Assembly (NCBI GenBank): GCA_963843975.1
Contig: CAWJMG010000001.1
Location: 540,001 to 572,000 of the forward strand
Reading direction: 5' to 3'
Source of the DNA: an uncultured Actinomycetes bacterium
Lineage (GTDB): Bacteria; Actinomycetota; Actinomycetes; S36-B12; CAIYMF01
DNA length: 32,000 nucleotides
The position numbers and the translations under genes are program-made. This document shows, one piece after another, positions 1-8,459 of the stretch (position 1 is the first letter of the stretch; each line of letters begins with the position of its first letter). The notes under the pieces are model-generated. The model made no database searches and was not told the origin of the DNA. It saw only the letters and a list, made by a program, of their open reading frames with translations.

Positions 1-1
1 C

Positions 2-982
2 GCCCGGCGCGACGACCGCGTGCTGCGCGTCGTCTCGGCCCAGGCCGCGGACACCGCCGCCGAGCTCGACCTCGACACCCTCGTACCCGGCTCGGTCGAT
101 GGCTGGGCGGCGTACGTCGCCGGCACCGCGTGGGCCCTCGCCGGCCACGGCATCGACCTGCCCGGGGCGGACGTGCTCGTCGACGGCGACGTGCCGCGCG
201 GCGCAGGGCTGTCGTCGTCGGCCGCGCTCGAGTGCGCCGTCGCCGGGGCGCTTCTCGACCTCGCGGGCGCCGACCTCGACCTCGCCACGGTGGCCCTGCT
301 GGCCCAGAAGGCCGAGAACGACTTCGTCGGCGTGCCGTGCGGCGTCATGGACCAGTTCGCCTCGACCCACGGCCGCGCCGGCCACCTCCTGCTGCTCGAC
401 ACCCGCTCGCTGGAGCCGCGTCACATCCCCTTCGACCTCGCGGCCGAGGGGCTCACGCTCGTCGTGGTCGACACCCGCGCGCCGCACCGCCTCGTCGATG
501 GCGAGTACGCCGCCCGCCGGGCCTCCTGCGAGCAGGCCTCCGTGCTGCTCGGGGTCCCGTCGCTGCGCGAGGTCGCCGACCTCGGGTCGGCCATGTCGAT
601 GCTCGACGACGACGTCCTGCAGCGCCGCGTGCGCCACGTGGTGACCGAGAACCAGCGCGTGCTCGACGTCGTCGCCCTGCTCGAGTCCGGCGACGTGCGC
701 GGCATCGGCCCGCTTCTCACGGCGTCGCACGAGTCGCTGCGCGACGACTACGAGGTCTCGAGCCCCGAGCTCGACGTCGCGGTCGAGGCCGCGCTGCGGG
801 CGGGCGCGTACGGGGCGAGGATGACAGGGGGCGGTTTCGGCGGCTCGGCCATCGCCCTCGTGGAGACAGACAGGACCGACGCCCTCAAGGACGTCGTACG
901 CGCGGGCTTCGGCGCCGCAGGGTTCGACGAGCCGGCGTTCCTCGACGCCGTGCCCGTCGACGGATACGGGAGGCTCGGATGA
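2..982 (+). CDS. galK: galactokinase, C-terminal ~320 aa (5' end outside window)
   Basis: The frame of ORF 20..982 stays open to the window edge. It carries the GHMP-kinase motif PRGAGLSSSAALECAVA and the galactokinase C-terminal motif MTGGGFGGSAIALV. Its stop overlaps the next start (ATGA at 979-982). Confidence 0.9.
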   Translation, partial: ARRDDRVLRVVSAQAADTAAELDLDTLVPGSVDGWAAYVAGTAWALAGHGIDLPGADVLVDGDVPRGAGLSSSAALECAVAGALLDLAGADLDLATVALLAQKAENDFVGVPCGVMDQFASTHGRAGHLLLLDTRSLEPRHIPFDLAAEGLTLVVVDTRAPHRLVDGEYAARRASCEQASVLLGVPSLREVADLGSAMSMLDDDVLQRRVRHVVTENQRVLDVVALLESGDVRGIGPLLTASHESLRDDYEVSSPELDVAVEAALRAGAYGARMTGGGFGGSAIALVETDRTDALKDVVRAGFGAAGFDEPAFLDAVPVDGYGRLG

Positions 983-2692
983 GCACCAGGGGCCGGCTCG
1001 ACGCGGCGTACCGCGAGGAGTCGTGGGCGCGGATGCGCGGCGGCGTGGACGTGCTCGTGGTGGGCGGCGGCGTCACGGGCGCCGGTGTCGCACTCGACGC
1101 CGCGGTGCGCGGCCTGTCCGTCGGCCTCGTCGAGCAGCGCGACTTCGCCGCGGGCACGTCGTCGCGGTCGTCCAAGCTCGTCCACGGCGGGCTGCGCTAC
1201 CTCGAGCAGCTCAACTTCGGCCTGGTCCGCGAGGCGCTGCGCGAGCGCGCGCTGCTGCTCGACCGGCTCGCGCCGCACCTGGTCACGCCGCTGCCGTTCC
1301 TCTACCCGCTCGCGCACAAGGTCTGGGAGCGCCCGTACGTCGGCGCCGGCCTCACCCTCTACGACACCCTCGGCGGCCTGCAGCCCTCGGTGCCGCGGCA
1401 CTCGCACCTCACGAAGTCCGCTGCGCTCAAGGCGTTCCCGTCGCTGCGGCCCGAGCTCATCGCCGGCGCGATCCGCTACCACGACGCCCAGGTCGACGAC
1501 GCCCGCCACACCCTCGAGCTCGCCCGCACTGCCGCCGCCCACGGTGCCTCGCTGGTGTCGGCTGCGCGCGTGACCGAGATCGTCCGCGACGGCGACCGCG
1601 TCGTCGGCGCGAAGGTCACCGATGCCATGACGGGCGAGTCGCACGACATCCCCGCGAAGGTCGTCGTCAACGCCACGGGCGTCTGGGCCGGCCGCACCGA
1701 GGAGCTCGCGGGTGTCCAGCAGCCGATCCGCATGCGCCCGTCCAAGGGCGTGCACATCATCGTGCCGAAGGACCGGATCGACGCCTCGCTCGCGCTCATC
1801 ACCAAGACGCCCACCTCGGTGCTGTTCATCCTGCCGTGGGGCCGCTCGTGGGTCATCGGCACGACCGACACCACCTGGCACCACGAGCTGTCGCACCCGT
1901 CGGCCACGCACAAGGACCTGCACTACCTGCTCGACATGGCCAACGCCGCGCTCACCAGCGATCTCACCGAGTCCGACGTCATCGGCCTGTACGCCGGGCT
2001 GCGCCCCCTCGTCGACACCGAGGGCCTGTCCGAGTCGGAGATCTCGCGCGAGCACACCGTGCGTCGCCCGCTCCCGGGTCTCGTCACGATCGCCGGCGGC
2101 AAGTACACGACGTACCGCGTCATGGCCGAGGACACGGTCGACGCCTGCGCGCCCGACCTGTTCCCCGACGACCCCCAGCAGCTCCCGGCCTCGACGACGT
2201 CGGACGTGCCGCTGGTCGGCGCGTGCGAGCCCGAGGAGTACCTCGTCGAGATCGCGGGCTCGCCCGGCACCGAGAACCTCAGCCCCGAGCACCTCGACCG
2301 CCTCGCGCACCGCTACGGCCGGCTGCTGCCCGAGCTGCTGCTGCACGTCGACGACGAGCCCGAGCTTCGCCCAGGAGGTGCCCGGCGGAGCCGGCACGCT
2401 CGCGGTCGAGATCGTGCACGCGGCCACGCACGAGGGCGCGCTGCACATCGACGACGTCCTCACCCGCCGCACCCGCCTCTACCTCGAGGCCGGCGACCGC
2501 GGTCTCGTCGCCGCCCGGCACGCCGCGCACCTGATGGGTGACGTGCTCGGCTGGGACGACGCGACCAAGGACGCCGAGGTCACCCGCTACCAGATGCGCG
2601 TGGCCGCCGAGCTCGAGGCGCAGGCGGCACCGGACGACGACGCAGCGTCCGCGATCCGGGAGCGAGTCCAGGACCCGCGCCTTCCCCGCTGA
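979..2692 (+). pseudogene. glpD: FAD-dependent glycerol-3-phosphate dehydrogenase (GlpD), reading frame broken by one extra nucleotide near 2365-2368
   Basis: From ATG 979 (frame of ORF 130..2541) the protein reads VLVVGGGVTGAGVALDAAVRGLSVGLVEQRDFAAGTSSRSSKLVHGGLRYLEQ. After ...LLLHVDDEPEL that frame turns into Arg/Pro-rich junk. The conserved C-terminus AQEVPGGAGTLAVEIVHAATHEGALHIDDVLTRRTRLYLE... continues in the frame of ORF 1712..2692. The junction reads gag ctt c gcc cag. Confidence 0.85.
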
Positions 2693-2695
2693 GGC

Positions 2696-3172
2696 TCAGG
2701 CGAGGATCTGGGTCAGGCGGGCGACGAACGCGGTCTCGGACTCGGTGACCTTCTCGCCGCTGCCCATGAAGCCGCTGCCGAGGCGCTCGACCACCGCGGT
2801 CGCGGCGCCGACGAGCACCTCGCGCAGCTGCGCGAACTCCTCGGTCGACAGGCGTGAGCGTGCGACGTCGGCTCCCTCCTGGATCTGGCCGACCAGGGTC
2901 TCGACCACCTCGCCCACGTTGGTGGGCTTGGCCTGCTCCTGGCCCTCCTTGGTCTCCGCCTTCGCCGCCTCGGCGCCGTCCTTCAGGTGCTGGAGCAGGA
3001 CGTTGTCGGGGTAGCGCGCGGCGCCGGCGACGAGCACCTCGCCACCCGCCTTCATCTCGCGGATCGACGGCATGACCTTCCCGTCGGCGAGGCTCGCAGC
3101 CATGATCACGAGCGCCGGCAGCGCCGAGGCGTCGGCCCACTGCTCGTCGGTGAACTGCTCACGTGCGGACAT
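2696..3172 (-). CDS. hypothetical protein, 158 aa (possibly TerB-like; weak call)
   Basis: ORF-track 2696..3172 has normal amino-acid composition. GGAGG lies 8 nt upstream of the ATG, inside the end of the sulfatase gene, with a 4-nt gap to the sulfatase stop, so co-transcription is likely. FTDEQWADASALPALVIMAASLADGKV is reminiscent of TerB-type domains, from memory only. Confidence 0.6.
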   Translation of the reverse strand: MSAREQFTDEQWADASALPALVIMAASLADGKVMPSIREMKAGGEVLVAGAARYPDNVLLQHLKDGAEAAKAETKEGQEQAKPTNVGEVVETLVGQIQEGADVARSRLSTEEFAQLREVLVGAATAVVERLGSGFMGSGEKVTESETAFVARLTQILA

Positions 3173-3176
3173 GCGG

Positions 3177-5180
3177 TCAGCCTCCGGTGCTGTCGCCGAA
3201 CGCGGGCTGCGCGAACGGGTCGTCGGCCGTCGGCGCCGGGATGCCCCCGGTGCCGGGCAGGATCTCGAACCCGAGCTGGAAGGTCACGAGCATCTGCGCG
3301 AGCCGCCCGAGCACCGAGGCATCACCCTCGAGACGTGCGGTGCCGTCGGCCACCTGCTGCTGCAGCGGGCGGACGCCGATCATCGCGTCCTCGATGTCGC
3401 TGCGGTTCAGCGTGATCGTGAGGTCGGCGTCGTCCGACACGAACCCGGAGAGGCTCGTGAGCGTGCCGTTGCTGAGCTCGACGACGTACTGCTCGCCGTT
3501 GTCGGGTGTGACGAGGTTGACGACGAACGAGTCGCCCTGGGCCTTCGCCGGGTCGAGGCGGATGCCGAGGAAGTCGAGGAACTGCCCGGTGCTCAATGCA
3601 CGGATGAGGTCGGGGCCTGAGCTGTTGGGCGCGACGCCCTGCGGGATCCCCGACCGCAGCTCGAGCGCCGCGGCGAGGAAGCTGTTGCGGACGCTCGGGC
3701 TCTCCTGCTGGTAGCCGATCTGCTCGAACGCCTCGGCGAGGAGGTTGCGGGCGTCGGCGTTGGCCGGCTCGGCGAAGACCAGCTTGTCGAGGATCTCGGT
3801 GGCCAGCAGGTAGTGGCCGGCGTCGACGAGCTCGCGACCCTTCGCGAGGATCGGCTCGGCGCCGCCCATCATCTCGACGTAGATCGGTGCGGAGTCCTTG
3901 GGCGACAGCGGGATCAGCGTGGTCGGGTTGCCGTCCCAGTAGCCGAGGTAGCGGTTGACGACGGCGCGCGCGTTGTGGGCGACCGAGCCGTGATAGCTGC
4001 GCGCCGCCCACTGCTGCTCGAGGCTCTCGGGCACGCGGTAGACGTTGTGCACCTCGTTGATCGTGACGCCCTGATTGGCCAAGTGCAGCACGCCGTTGTT
4101 GAGGTGCGCGTAGGTGTCGCGCTGCGCGCGCATGACCTCCTGGATGCGCTCGTTGCCCCAGCGCGGCCACGAGTGGGACGCGAACATCACCTCGGCCTCG
4201 CGGCCGAAGAGGTACAGCGCCTTGTTGATCTGACGCGACCACTCGAGGGCGTCGCGGACGAGGGCGCCGCGCAGCGTGTAGATGTTGTGGATCGTGCCGG
4301 TGATGTTCTCCGCCGCCCAGAACGTCTTGAGGTCGGGGAACCAGGTGTTCATCTCGGCCGGAGCCTCCGTGCCCGGCGTGTTCTGGAAGACCATCCGGAC
4401 GCCGTCGATCGTGAGCTCCTCGACGTCCTCGACGATGGAGATCGTCGGTGCGATGAGCCCCGAGGTGCCGCGAGCGATGTTCTTGCCGATCGCCTGGTCG
4501 ACGTGCCCGAACGGGCTCTGCGGCAGCAGGATGCCGTACTGGTAGAAGAGCCTGCGGTTCATGGCGTTGCCGGCGAACACGTTCTCGGCCACCGCGTGCT
4601 CGAGGAAGCCGACCGGCGCGATGACGGGCACCTTGCCGGTCTCGACGTCGGCGACGTCGACGACGCCGTGCACGCCACCGAAGTGGTCGCCGTGCGAGTG
4701 CGAGTAGATCACCGCGACGACCGGACGCTCGCCGAGGGTCTCGTTGACCAGCGTGAGCGCGGCCGCCGCGGTCTCCTTGGCCGTCAGCGGGTCGATGACG
4801 ATCCAGCCGGTGTCCGAGCGGATGAAGCTGACGTTGGCCAGGTCGAAGCCGCGCACCTGATAGATGCGGTCGGGCACGACCTCGTACAGGCCGTAGCCCA
4901 TGTTGAGGACGGCCTGGCGCTGCAGCGACGGGTGGATCGAGTCGAGGTCGCCACCGTCGAGCAGCCAGTCGTACGCCCCCATGTCCCAGATCACGCGCCC
5001 GTCGTCGGCCAGGATCTGGCGGGACGCCGGCGCCGCGAGGAAGCCGCGGCTGGACTCCTCGAAGTCGCGGGTGTCCTCGAACGGTAGTGCGGCACGGGCC
5101 GCCGCCCCGGCCGAGGCGGTCGCGGGCGACGCGGGCCTGCCCAGCGGGTGGAAGTGTTCCGGGTGGACGTGCTCGGCCAT
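3177..5180 (-). CDS. alkyl/aryl-sulfatase, metallo-beta-lactamase fold (SdsA1/BDS1-like) with C-terminal SCP2-like domain
   Basis: Internal ATG at 5180 of ORF 3177..6047 (MAEHVHPEHF...) is preceded by GAGGGAG. The MBL zinc motif YSHSHGDHFGG is present. Length (667 aa) and the C-terminal region (FLDFLGIRLDPAKA...LNRSD...) are typical of type III alkylsulfatases. No obvious signal peptide. Confidence 0.85.
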   Translation of the reverse strand: MAEHVHPEHFHPLGRPASPATASAGAAARAALPFEDTRDFEESSRGFLAAPASRQILADDGRVIWDMGAYDWLLDGGDLDSIHPSLQRQAVLNMGYGLYEVVPDRIYQVRGFDLANVSFIRSDTGWIVIDPLTAKETAAAALTLVNETLGERPVVAVIYSHSHGDHFGGVHGVVDVADVETGKVPVIAPVGFLEHAVAENVFAGNAMNRRLFYQYGILLPQSPFGHVDQAIGKNIARGTSGLIAPTISIVEDVEELTIDGVRMVFQNTPGTEAPAEMNTWFPDLKTFWAAENITGTIHNIYTLRGALVRDALEWSRQINKALYLFGREAEVMFASHSWPRWGNERIQEVMRAQRDTYAHLNNGVLHLANQGVTINEVHNVYRVPESLEQQWAARSYHGSVAHNARAVVNRYLGYWDGNPTTLIPLSPKDSAPIYVEMMGGAEPILAKGRELVDAGHYLLATEILDKLVFAEPANADARNLLAEAFEQIGYQQESPSVRNSFLAAALELRSGIPQGVAPNSSGPDLIRALSTGQFLDFLGIRLDPAKAQGDSFVVNLVTPDNGEQYVVELSNGTLTSLSGFVSDDADLTITLNRSDIEDAMIGVRPLQQQVADGTARLEGDASVLGRLAQMLVTFQLGFEILPGTGGIPAPTADDPFAQPAFGDSTGG

Positions 5181-5263
5181 GGTGCGGACTCCCTCGTCGA
5201 GGCGCGCGCGTGCGCAGCAACACCCTAGGGAGCCCGCGCGGGCGAGGGCGGACGAACGAGGGG

Positions 5264-6169
5264 TCAGACGTTGCCCGGGTCGATGCCCGAGGCCATGGTC
5301 AGCACGAGGCAGGCCACCGTCAGCACACCCACCGCCGCGGCGACCACGACGGCGGTGCGCCCGGTGCCCTGCCGCAGCGACGTCCAGCCCTCGGCCGTGC
5401 GCTGACGACGGCCGCTCTCCTCGAGCCACGTGAGCGTGACCCAGGTGGCGAGCGCGCCGTAGAGGCACACCTCGGCCCACTCCTGGATCACGATGAGGGC
5501 GGAGATGTCCGCGGTGAACAGCAGACGCTGGGTGCGGAAGCCCAGGACGACGAGGAAGCTCGTGGCCAGGAAGATCGGCGGGGTGACCACGCGCCAGGCG
5601 GCCCCCCGCAGACGGGCTGGGTCCCACCGGACAAGGAACGGCAGCACCACTCCGACGAAGCCGATGGCGGCCTGCGCGATGCGGAAGAGCTTCTCGACGG
5701 GGATGCCGTCGGCGTCGTCGATGTTGTGGATGTTGATCTCTCCCTGGCGGTTGCCGTCGCCACCAGCCAGCCCGAGGATCCGCTGCCCCCAGGAGATCTC
5801 CTCGCCCGCGAGGAACAGCGTGCCGAGGGCGACGATCAGCAGGAAGACGCCGGTGAGCGGGTGCCCGCGGCGGAAGGCCGCAACCGACCCGAGGACCGAC
5901 ACGACGGCGGTGAGGACGAGCAGGAAGAACTGGAGCCACTCGATCGCGTGGTCCTCGCGCAGCAGCCAGTAGTAGACGTCGCGCGCCACGACATAGAGGA
6001 CCAGGAATCCGAGGAGGCCGACGAGCGGCGCCCAGAACCCCGCCCATGCCGCGCGCGACGAGACGCCCTCCTCGGCGGCATCACGCTCGAGGTTGGACCG
6101 GAAACGCCGGACCCATGACTCCCCACTGGTCATGGGGTCAGCGTGCCATGCGCTGCCGGAGAGCGACAT
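5264..6169 (-). CDS. integral membrane protein, unknown function (start uncertain: 6169 or 6133)
   Basis: ORF-track 5264..6169 has multiple hydrophobic segments (LVGLLGFLVLYVVA, FFLLVLTAVVSVLGSV, VFLLIVALGTLFLAGEEISWGQRI, ...). Neither candidate start has a convincing RBS. Confidence 0.6.
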   Translation of the reverse strand: MSLSGSAWHADPMTSGESWVRRFRSNLERDAAEEGVSSRAAWAGFWAPLVGLLGFLVLYVVARDVYYWLLREDHAIEWLQFFLLVLTAVVSVLGSVAAFRRGHPLTGVFLLIVALGTLFLAGEEISWGQRILGLAGGDGNRQGEINIHNIDDADGIPVEKLFRIAQAAIGFVGVVLPFLVRWDPARLRGAAWRVVTPPIFLATSFLVVLGFRTQRLLFTADISALIVIQEWAEVCLYGALATWVTLTWLEESGRRQRTAEGWTSLRQGTGRTAVVVAAAVGVLTVACLVLTMASGIDPGNV

Positions 6170-6310
6170 AGCCCTGGCGCTGGTTGCTCCACCCGGAGGA
6201 CGCCCTCACCCAGCGTGCCCAAGGGAGGCACGCTCCTGACCCGAGCGCCGGTGGTGGCGTCGGGTCCGGGGTGTGGTGCGGGTGCGCGCAGGCGCGGACG
6301 TTGGTGCCGG

Positions 6311-7930
6311 TCAGGCGGCGGTGTGCCGTGGTGGTGGTTCGGGTGGTTGCCCTCGTCTGAGCCTCTCGGCCAGCAGGGCGCCGTCGCGTCCGACGTATCC
6401 CGTCTCGGGTGGGAAGAACCGCCAACGTTCCGGGTGGCCGGGGTCGAGCCCCTGGTCGGCGATGATCCGCCATCTCGCGCGGTGGACGAGGCCGTGGTGG
6501 CGCGGGCACAGGAGCACGAGATTCGACAGGCAGGTGGCGCCGCCGTGCTCCCATTCGCGCACGTGGTGGGCGATGCAGCGGGCGGCGTCGACCGTGCAGC
6601 CGGGGAACCGGCAGTGCCGGTCCCGCACCGCGAGTGCCGCCCGCTGGTCGCGGGTGGCCGACCGGGAGCGGCGGGCGACGCAGTGCACGTGCGCGCACTG
6701 CCCCGTCAGGCCATGGGGGTCGAGGTCGTGCGGGTCGAGGTCGTGCGGGTCGAGGTCGTGCGGGTCACCCGCGTTGTCACCGCTGGTGTCGTGGGGTGCG
6801 AGCTCGTCGGGGTGAACGGTCGTCGCCGCCTCACGGACGCGGCGGTCCGAGCGGACGATCTGGCCGAGCGAGGACCGGTCTGCGTGCAGGCCGTGGATGT
6901 GGATGTCGGTGACGGTCGCGTCGCAGAGCGCTTCCTCTACCACCTCCGCGGGCACCGGGACCGGGTCGTGGCCGGGGACGAGGATCTCGCCGGGCCCGCC
7001 GTTCGCGTGGACGTCCGCTGAGGCGAGCACTGTGACGTTCGCGGGGTTGCCGTGCTTGGTGCCGGCGTCGGTGAGCATCTCCCCGACCAGCTCTGCGAAC
7101 GCATCGGCCAGCAGTCGCGGGCGTGCCATCGACCGGCGGCGCTCGTCCTCATCCGGGTCCCCCGTGGGCTGGTCCTCCTCAGGCAACGCACCGGCACGGA
7201 ACCACTGATCCACCCGCGCCTCGAGCACCTCGACCAGGCGGGCGGCGGTCATCGCGTCCAGCACCATCCGCACCACCGCGGTCGCACCGATCGTCCCGAC
7301 GCGGACCTCGCGCTTCTCGAGCGCTTCGAGGGCCTTGCGGGCGGCGGCCTCGGGATCGAGGTGGAAGATCAACGACGCCGCGACCTGCTCCACATCCCGC
7401 GTCGTCCCGCTCTGGCAGACCCCGAGGATGATCGCCTCGCCGCGGGCCTGCGCGTCGGTGCGGGCGGACCCGCGCAGGTCGGACGTCGCGGTGTTGATCC
7501 CGTCCGCTGCTGCACGTGCAGCATCGGGGCAGATCCGGCCGGCCAGGACCCCGACCCGGATCCGCGGGTACTTCTCCAGCGCCCGCCCGAGCTTGGCGAC
7601 CTGCCCGGCCTGCGCGGTGGAGACACCCAGGGAGTCGACGTAGAACCGCTTCACCGAGAAGAACCCCGCCCGGGCCAGATCACCCGACTGATGCCCGGCA
7701 TGGACCAGCACCGCCTCACCCGCCTCGCCCAGACCCCCGGCACGGTTGAGCACCGACACGAGCCGCGCCTGCTCCGCGCCCTCGAGCGAGCGGTGCTCCC
7801 CGGCAGCCAGACGCGCACCGAGGCGCGCGAACAGCTGCTCGGCCGCCGCGATGTCCTCGCCCAGCGAACCGCCCGCGAGGTCGATGACCTCGCGAGTGCC
7901 CGGGGTGGAATCCACACCGCGATCGTACAC
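6311..7930 (-). CDS. DUF222-domain HNH endonuclease (13E12-repeat-family type)
   Basis: The 539-aa ORF has a long N-terminal DUF222-like region and a C-terminal HNH nuclease motif (RHCRFPGCTVDAARCIAHHVREWEHGGATCLSNLVLLCPRHHGLVH). GTG start with no clear RBS. Confidence 0.85.
   Translation of the reverse strand: MYDRGVDSTPGTREVIDLAGGSLGEDIAAAEQLFARLGARLAAGEHRSLEGAEQARLVSVLNRAGGLGEAGEAVLVHAGHQSGDLARAGFFSVKRFYVDSLGVSTAQAGQVAKLGRALEKYPRIRVGVLAGRICPDAARAAADGINTATSDLRGSARTDAQARGEAIILGVCQSGTTRDVEQVAASLIFHLDPEAAARKALEALEKREVRVGTIGATAVVRMVLDAMTAARLVEVLEARVDQWFRAGALPEEDQPTGDPDEDERRRSMARPRLLADAFAELVGEMLTDAGTKHGNPANVTVLASADVHANGGPGEILVPGHDPVPVPAEVVEEALCDATVTDIHIHGLHADRSSLGQIVRSDRRVREAATTVHPDELAPHDTSGDNAGDPHDLDPHDLDPHDLDPHGLTGQCAHVHCVARRSRSATRDQRAALAVRDRHCRFPGCTVDAARCIAHHVREWEHGGATCLSNLVLLCPRHHGLVHRARWRIIADQGLDPGHPERWRFFPPETGYVGRDGALLAERLRRGQPPEPPPRHTAA
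6702..6767 (-). repeat. in-frame 15-bp tandem repeat (gggtcgaggtcgtgc, 3 perfect copies plus degenerate flanking copies) encoding DPHDL-DPHDL-DPHDL-DPHGL
   Basis: Read directly from the sequence. Perfect copies lie at about 6717-6731, 6732-6746 and 6747-6761. The protein reads GDPHDLDPHDLDPHDLDPHGL, just upstream of the HNH domain. Confidence 0.85.
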
Positions 7931-8002
7931 GTGTTCTATTCAGCTCGCAAGCCCTGACAACGCCGAAACCTGAGCAATCCCAACCACTTACGGCGATCAC
8001 TC

Positions 8003-8019
8003 GTCCACAGCCTGTGGAC
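8003..8019. promoter_or_regulatory. 17-bp palindrome GTCCACAG-C-CTGTGGAC in the intergenic region upstream of the HNH gene
   Basis: Perfect 8-nt arms with a 1-nt spacer. It lies about 75 nt upstream of the HNH start and about 60 nt downstream of the 88-aa ORF stop. The spacer is too short for a simple hairpin loop, so it looks more like a dimeric protein-binding site. Confidence 0.3.
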
Positions 8020-8079
8020 AGAATCGTCGCTCCGCGCACCCGGGGGCCGCGCACGAATGGAGCGGCGTGGCGAGCGGAG

Positions 8080-8346
8080 TCAGGGAGATTCGAGCCCCAG
8101 CGCCCGGACGACCCATGACGGGTCCGCCACGTTCAACCGGAGCGTGGTCTCGTCCCGAACCACCAGAGGTGCGAAGCCGAACGCGTCGCACTGCCGGTGC
8201 AGATGCTCCAGGTCGGACCGGGCGCCCTCGGGCTCGGCAGCGCCGAGGGCGGCAGCATGCAGCACGCGCCACTCCCCGGGCGTGAACTTCCTGGCGAGCA
8301 GCTTCAGCTCGATCTCACGTTCCGGCGACCAGCTCGGGTGCTCCAT
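8080..8346 (-). CDS. hypothetical small protein, 88 aa
   Basis: Internal ATG of ORF 8080..9213 (MEHPSWSPEREIELKLLARKFTPGEWRVLH...) is preceded by GGGAGG with 8-nt spacing. Amino-acid composition is balanced (K, E, F, W present), unlike the Arg/Pro-rich spurious frames. No family recognised. Confidence 0.5.
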   Translation of the reverse strand: MEHPSWSPEREIELKLLARKFTPGEWRVLHAAALGAAEPEGARSDLEHLHRQCDAFGFAPLVVRDETTLRLNVADPSWVVRALGLESP

Positions 8347-8459
8347 GTCGCCAGCCTCCCCCACGACGCGCCTGCCCGGCGAGGAACCGTGCGACTGCCC
8401 TTGCGCGATGGCGGGGGCGAGGCCCCGCACCGAAGGCGGCATGACCGAGCCGACGCCGA

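Noticed and set aside
130-978. Upstream part of the 803-aa ORF 130..2541 and many other very long ORFs. Examples: 748..2472 -, 3322..5223 -, 3813..5087 +, 8487..10928 +, 10805..12526 +, 12759..15344 +, 17242..19452 +, 20361..22781 +, 24309..26258 +, 26317..28650 +, 29611..31566 +.
   Set aside because: Their translations are dominated by Arg, Pro, Ala and Gly runs with no recognisable domains. They lie antisense to, or out of frame with, genes that have clear family signatures. This is the typical stop-codon-poor artefact of high-GC DNA.
2355-2375. Programmed ribosomal frameshifting as an explanation for the glpD, purN and M24 frame changes.
   Set aside because: There is no slippery heptamer or downstream stimulatory structure at any site. 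These enzyme families are not known to use recoding, and three shifts in one domain is incompatible with recoding.
5181-6047. N-terminal extensions of track ORFs: sulfatase 3177..6047, acyltransferase 9291..11684, E2 18694..21690, E1 19950..22439, mdh 12519..13577, DUF3017 13612..14388, DUF3291 14817..15443.
   Set aside because: The extensions are Arg/Pro-rich, overlap upstream genes, and internal starts with RBS-like sequences give protein lengths matching the families.
6212-6234. Hairpin AGCGTGCC caaggga GGCACGCT downstream of the HNH gene as a terminator.
   Set aside because: The stem is only 8 bp, there is no U-tract, and it lies about 80 nt from the stop. It is too weak to list as a feature, though it may contribute to termination.
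6702-6767. Possible CRISPR-like or minisatellite array.
   Set aside because: The 15-bp units are directly adjacent with no spacers, are in frame inside the HNH gene, and encode DPHDL repeats. It is reported as a coding tandem repeat instead.
8080-8110. tRNA T-arm-like string gattcgagcccc, which could have marked a tRNA fragment or an attachment site next to the HNH gene.
   Set aside because: The flanks do not form T-stem complementarity, no acceptor or anticodon arms can be drawn, and the string lies inside the 88-aa ORF.
8080-8346. Toxin-antitoxin or defence-system interpretation of the 88-aa ORF plus the HNH nuclease.
   Set aside because: There is no second small partner gene and no recognisable toxin, antitoxin or defence domain. 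DUF222-HNH genes commonly occur alone, so the evidence is insufficient.
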